From Nemertoderma westbladi (taxonomy: Eukaryota; Animalia; Xenacoelomorpha), in the NCBI GenBank assembly GCA_032718475.1, contig JAUCBJ010008330.1, positions 1-64,000 on the forward strand: a stretch of DNA of 64,000 nucleotides. Direction: 5' to 3'. Of the stretch, positions 61,941 to 64,000 are shown one piece after another (position 1 is the stretch's first letter; each line of letters opens with the position of its first letter). The notes under the pieces were generated by a model. The model saw nothing but the letters and a program-made list of their open reading frames with translations. It searched no databases and was not told where the DNA came from. The translations under genes were made by a program, and so were the position numbers.

Positions 61941-64000
61941 ATGTCCAATGCTGATTTATTACATAATATTCACCCTGAAGTTAGAAAACTAATTATAAAG
62001 GCAATAGATGAAAGATGGGAGTACATTCCTGATATGTGGCCAAAGTCGGATGCGGCGAATCCACGTGAATATTATAATCTATATGATGTTTTAAACAGCA
62101 ACATCGATCAGAGACTCTGCAATCAGGGAGAAACAGCAGGATGTAAAACTGAGTATGAGATAATCGAAAGTCTACTTTTGTCAGAAATTCAATGTCTCGC
62201 AGAAACATATCAAGACGGCGGATGTATGCAAGAAATCCACTTGTGGTTATTCATGATAATATTTTTATATGATGCATCAACTTCTAAGTTATACTTGACA
62301 GAATTTTATGAAAGAATGAGAAAAATGTTTTCATTAGTAGAAGACTATGATTGTCATATTCCCAGCCAGTTAATATGTTTGGCAAATATGGGATTCTCAA
62401 CCATAGAGGGAACGGGGAATTATGAAATACTTAAATTTGTGAAATACCCCAAGTTTTTTTTAAATAGACTTAGCAAAGAATTTGACCCTGAAACTAAACA
62501 TGATGACCCCGCCCAGAGAGAATATAAAGAACGGATATTGAACCATGGCCAGTCATTTGATTTAGTCGTTTCAATGGAAACAGAATGCAATCCAATTGAC
62601 CATATTGAAAGAATTATACAGATTTTGCCTATAATGACATCTTTTAGTGATACTTGCGTTCGCGAGTATGTTTATGTTTTAGCACAAAGTTATAAGCCTA
62701 TTCTCCGTTGTTTAGTTGAATTTCGAAGTGCAGATAAGATCAATCCAACCACTACAGACAATATCATAAAGTCATTACAAAATTCAACCGCAGAGTTACT
62801 CTTTGATATGTTATACAAATGTCTCAATTTACCTTTTCTAACCAATCCAGAATATGACGAACTTGCAAAATTAACCTACGAATTTTCATTAAAAGCTACA
62901 ATGTCATTGATTTTGATTAAAGATGTCCCGCAATTGCGACTGATCTATTTTTGGTTATGTTCTCATCGATATTTAGAAGAAGAAAAATACTTGACCTCCG
63001 AGAAATTACCCCCAAAGCCATTGACACCAATGCATCGAAGATGGTACTCACTCATCTACACCTTTCGAGATTTCTATCACATTTTTAAGACTTTTAACAA
63101 TTCAGATAAAACAGAGCGATTACTGAAAGTTTTGTGTTTCTGTACTGATATGGTATGGAATCTGAATGAGAGTAATACATTTGTTCATCGTTCATATTGC
63201 TATATACTACAATGTTACACTGAATTACATAAGTGTATAAGCGATATATATGAACTAATCCACCCCTGGTTAAAAGACCTGATTATGAGTAATAGGCAGT
63301 CTGAAATTTCACACAGTTTATACAGCTTTGAATCCCTTAAGAAATGGGATGAATCCTTTGATAAGATCACTGATTATTTGGATTCATGGCAGTTCATTTC
63401 AAACTACTCGCCTATTGTCCAAACAGCAAAATATCTGTATATTGGCGCTTCGGGACAAACAATTGAGTCGGATTACATTATTAATATCGGGAATGAAGTC
63501 AAAACTGAAACTAAAGGTAGCCAGAGGATACCTTTTTGGGTTAATGCATTAAGCTTAACAGTGGCGGATGATATTGAAGAAACCATCATTGGAAAGACAT
63601 TTAAATCTAAACACATGGATTGTAGAGATATCCAACAATGTAAAAAGATGTACCTAGATGAAGTCGCATCTCAACGAACTGCAAATAATTATGCTATACA
63701 AATGTCATTCCAGTCTATCAAGTTAAATATTCAACAAACTAAAGTTACGAAGTTTCATTTTTTGAAAGTTAAATGTCTTCAATTAGATTTTCCTTGTAAG
63801 TCGATAAAAACGAACTTTATAAATATTGAAAAGTATAACTCATTTGATTATAGGAAATTGTCAAATAATTTTAATTTCTTAGATAAATCACAATATGGTG
63901 AATTTGGAGCATGTTTTTCTCACTTTACTTATGTAATATCAGGAGGCAAAGAAATCGTTACGGATATTCAAGGATTTTGCTACCCAAATATCAAGTTTAT
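61941..64000 (+). CDS. Alpha-kinase, ALPK1-like, >=686 aa, open at the window edge
   Basis: Manual translation from ATG 61941 (MSNADLLHNIHPEV...) shows no stop to 64000. C-terminal KGSQRIPFW, IIGKTFK, EVASQRTANNY, IEKY..RKLSNN and FSHFTYVISGGKEIVTDIQG match eEF2K/ALPK-family motifs. Confidence 0.88.
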   Translation, partial: MSNADLLHNIHPEVRKLIIKAIDERWEYIPDMWPKSDAANPREYYNLYDVLNSNIDQRLCNQGETAGCKTEYEIIESLLLSEIQCLAETYQDGGCMQEIHLWLFMIIFLYDASTSKLYLTEFYERMRKMFSLVEDYDCHIPSQLICLANMGFSTIEGTGNYEILKFVKYPKFFLNRLSKEFDPETKHDDPAQREYKERILNHGQSFDLVVSMETECNPIDHIERIIQILPIMTSFSDTCVREYVYVLAQSYKPILRCLVEFRSADKINPTTTDNIIKSLQNSTAELLFDMLYKCLNLPFLTNPEYDELAKLTYEFSLKATMSLILIKDVPQLRLIYFWLCSHRYLEEEKYLTSEKLPPKPLTPMHRRWYSLIYTFRDFYHIFKTFNNSDKTERLLKVLCFCTDMVWNLNESNTFVHRSYCYILQCYTELHKCISDIYELIHPWLKDLIMSNRQSEISHSLYSFESLKKWDESFDKITDYLDSWQFISNYSPIVQTAKYLYIGASGQTIESDYIINIGNEVKTETKGSQRIPFWVNALSLTVADDIEETIIGKTFKSKHMDCRDIQQCKKMYLDEVASQRTANNYAIQMSFQSIKLNIQQTKVTKFHFLKVKCLQLDFPCKSIKTNFINIEKYNSFDYRKLSNNFNFLDKSQYGEFGACFSHFTYVISGGKEIVTDIQGFCYPNIKF

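Overview
Repeat-dense, AT-rich eukaryotic (probably invertebrate animal) DNA. It holds four related BEL/Pao LTR retrotransposons: A (1-2874, minus, 5' part only), D (5343-~14664, plus, truncated), B (17337-33726, minus, full length, TSD TTCTG) and C (41110-56993, minus, full length, TSD CTAGC). Nested in or between them are an intact Tc1/mariner-superfamily transposon, RTE LINE fragments, several MITEs, a 57-bp satellite and a Vav CH+SH2 pseudogene. A long ALPK1-like alpha-kinase ORF, missed by the ORF track, runs off the right edge. Main observation: none of the four elements has a tRNA primer-binding site. The 11-17 nt directly after each 5' LTR differ between elements, yet each is the reverse complement of a homologous position inside that element's own LTR, about 100-130 nt after a predicted start site. 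This points to tRNA-independent self-priming in a BEL/Pao lineage. Associated features are a ~650-nt conserved, apparently structured U5 RNA, a ~2.1-kb AUG-depleted leader, and an extra zinc-knuckle ORF in the env position. All alignments, counts and translations were done by eye.
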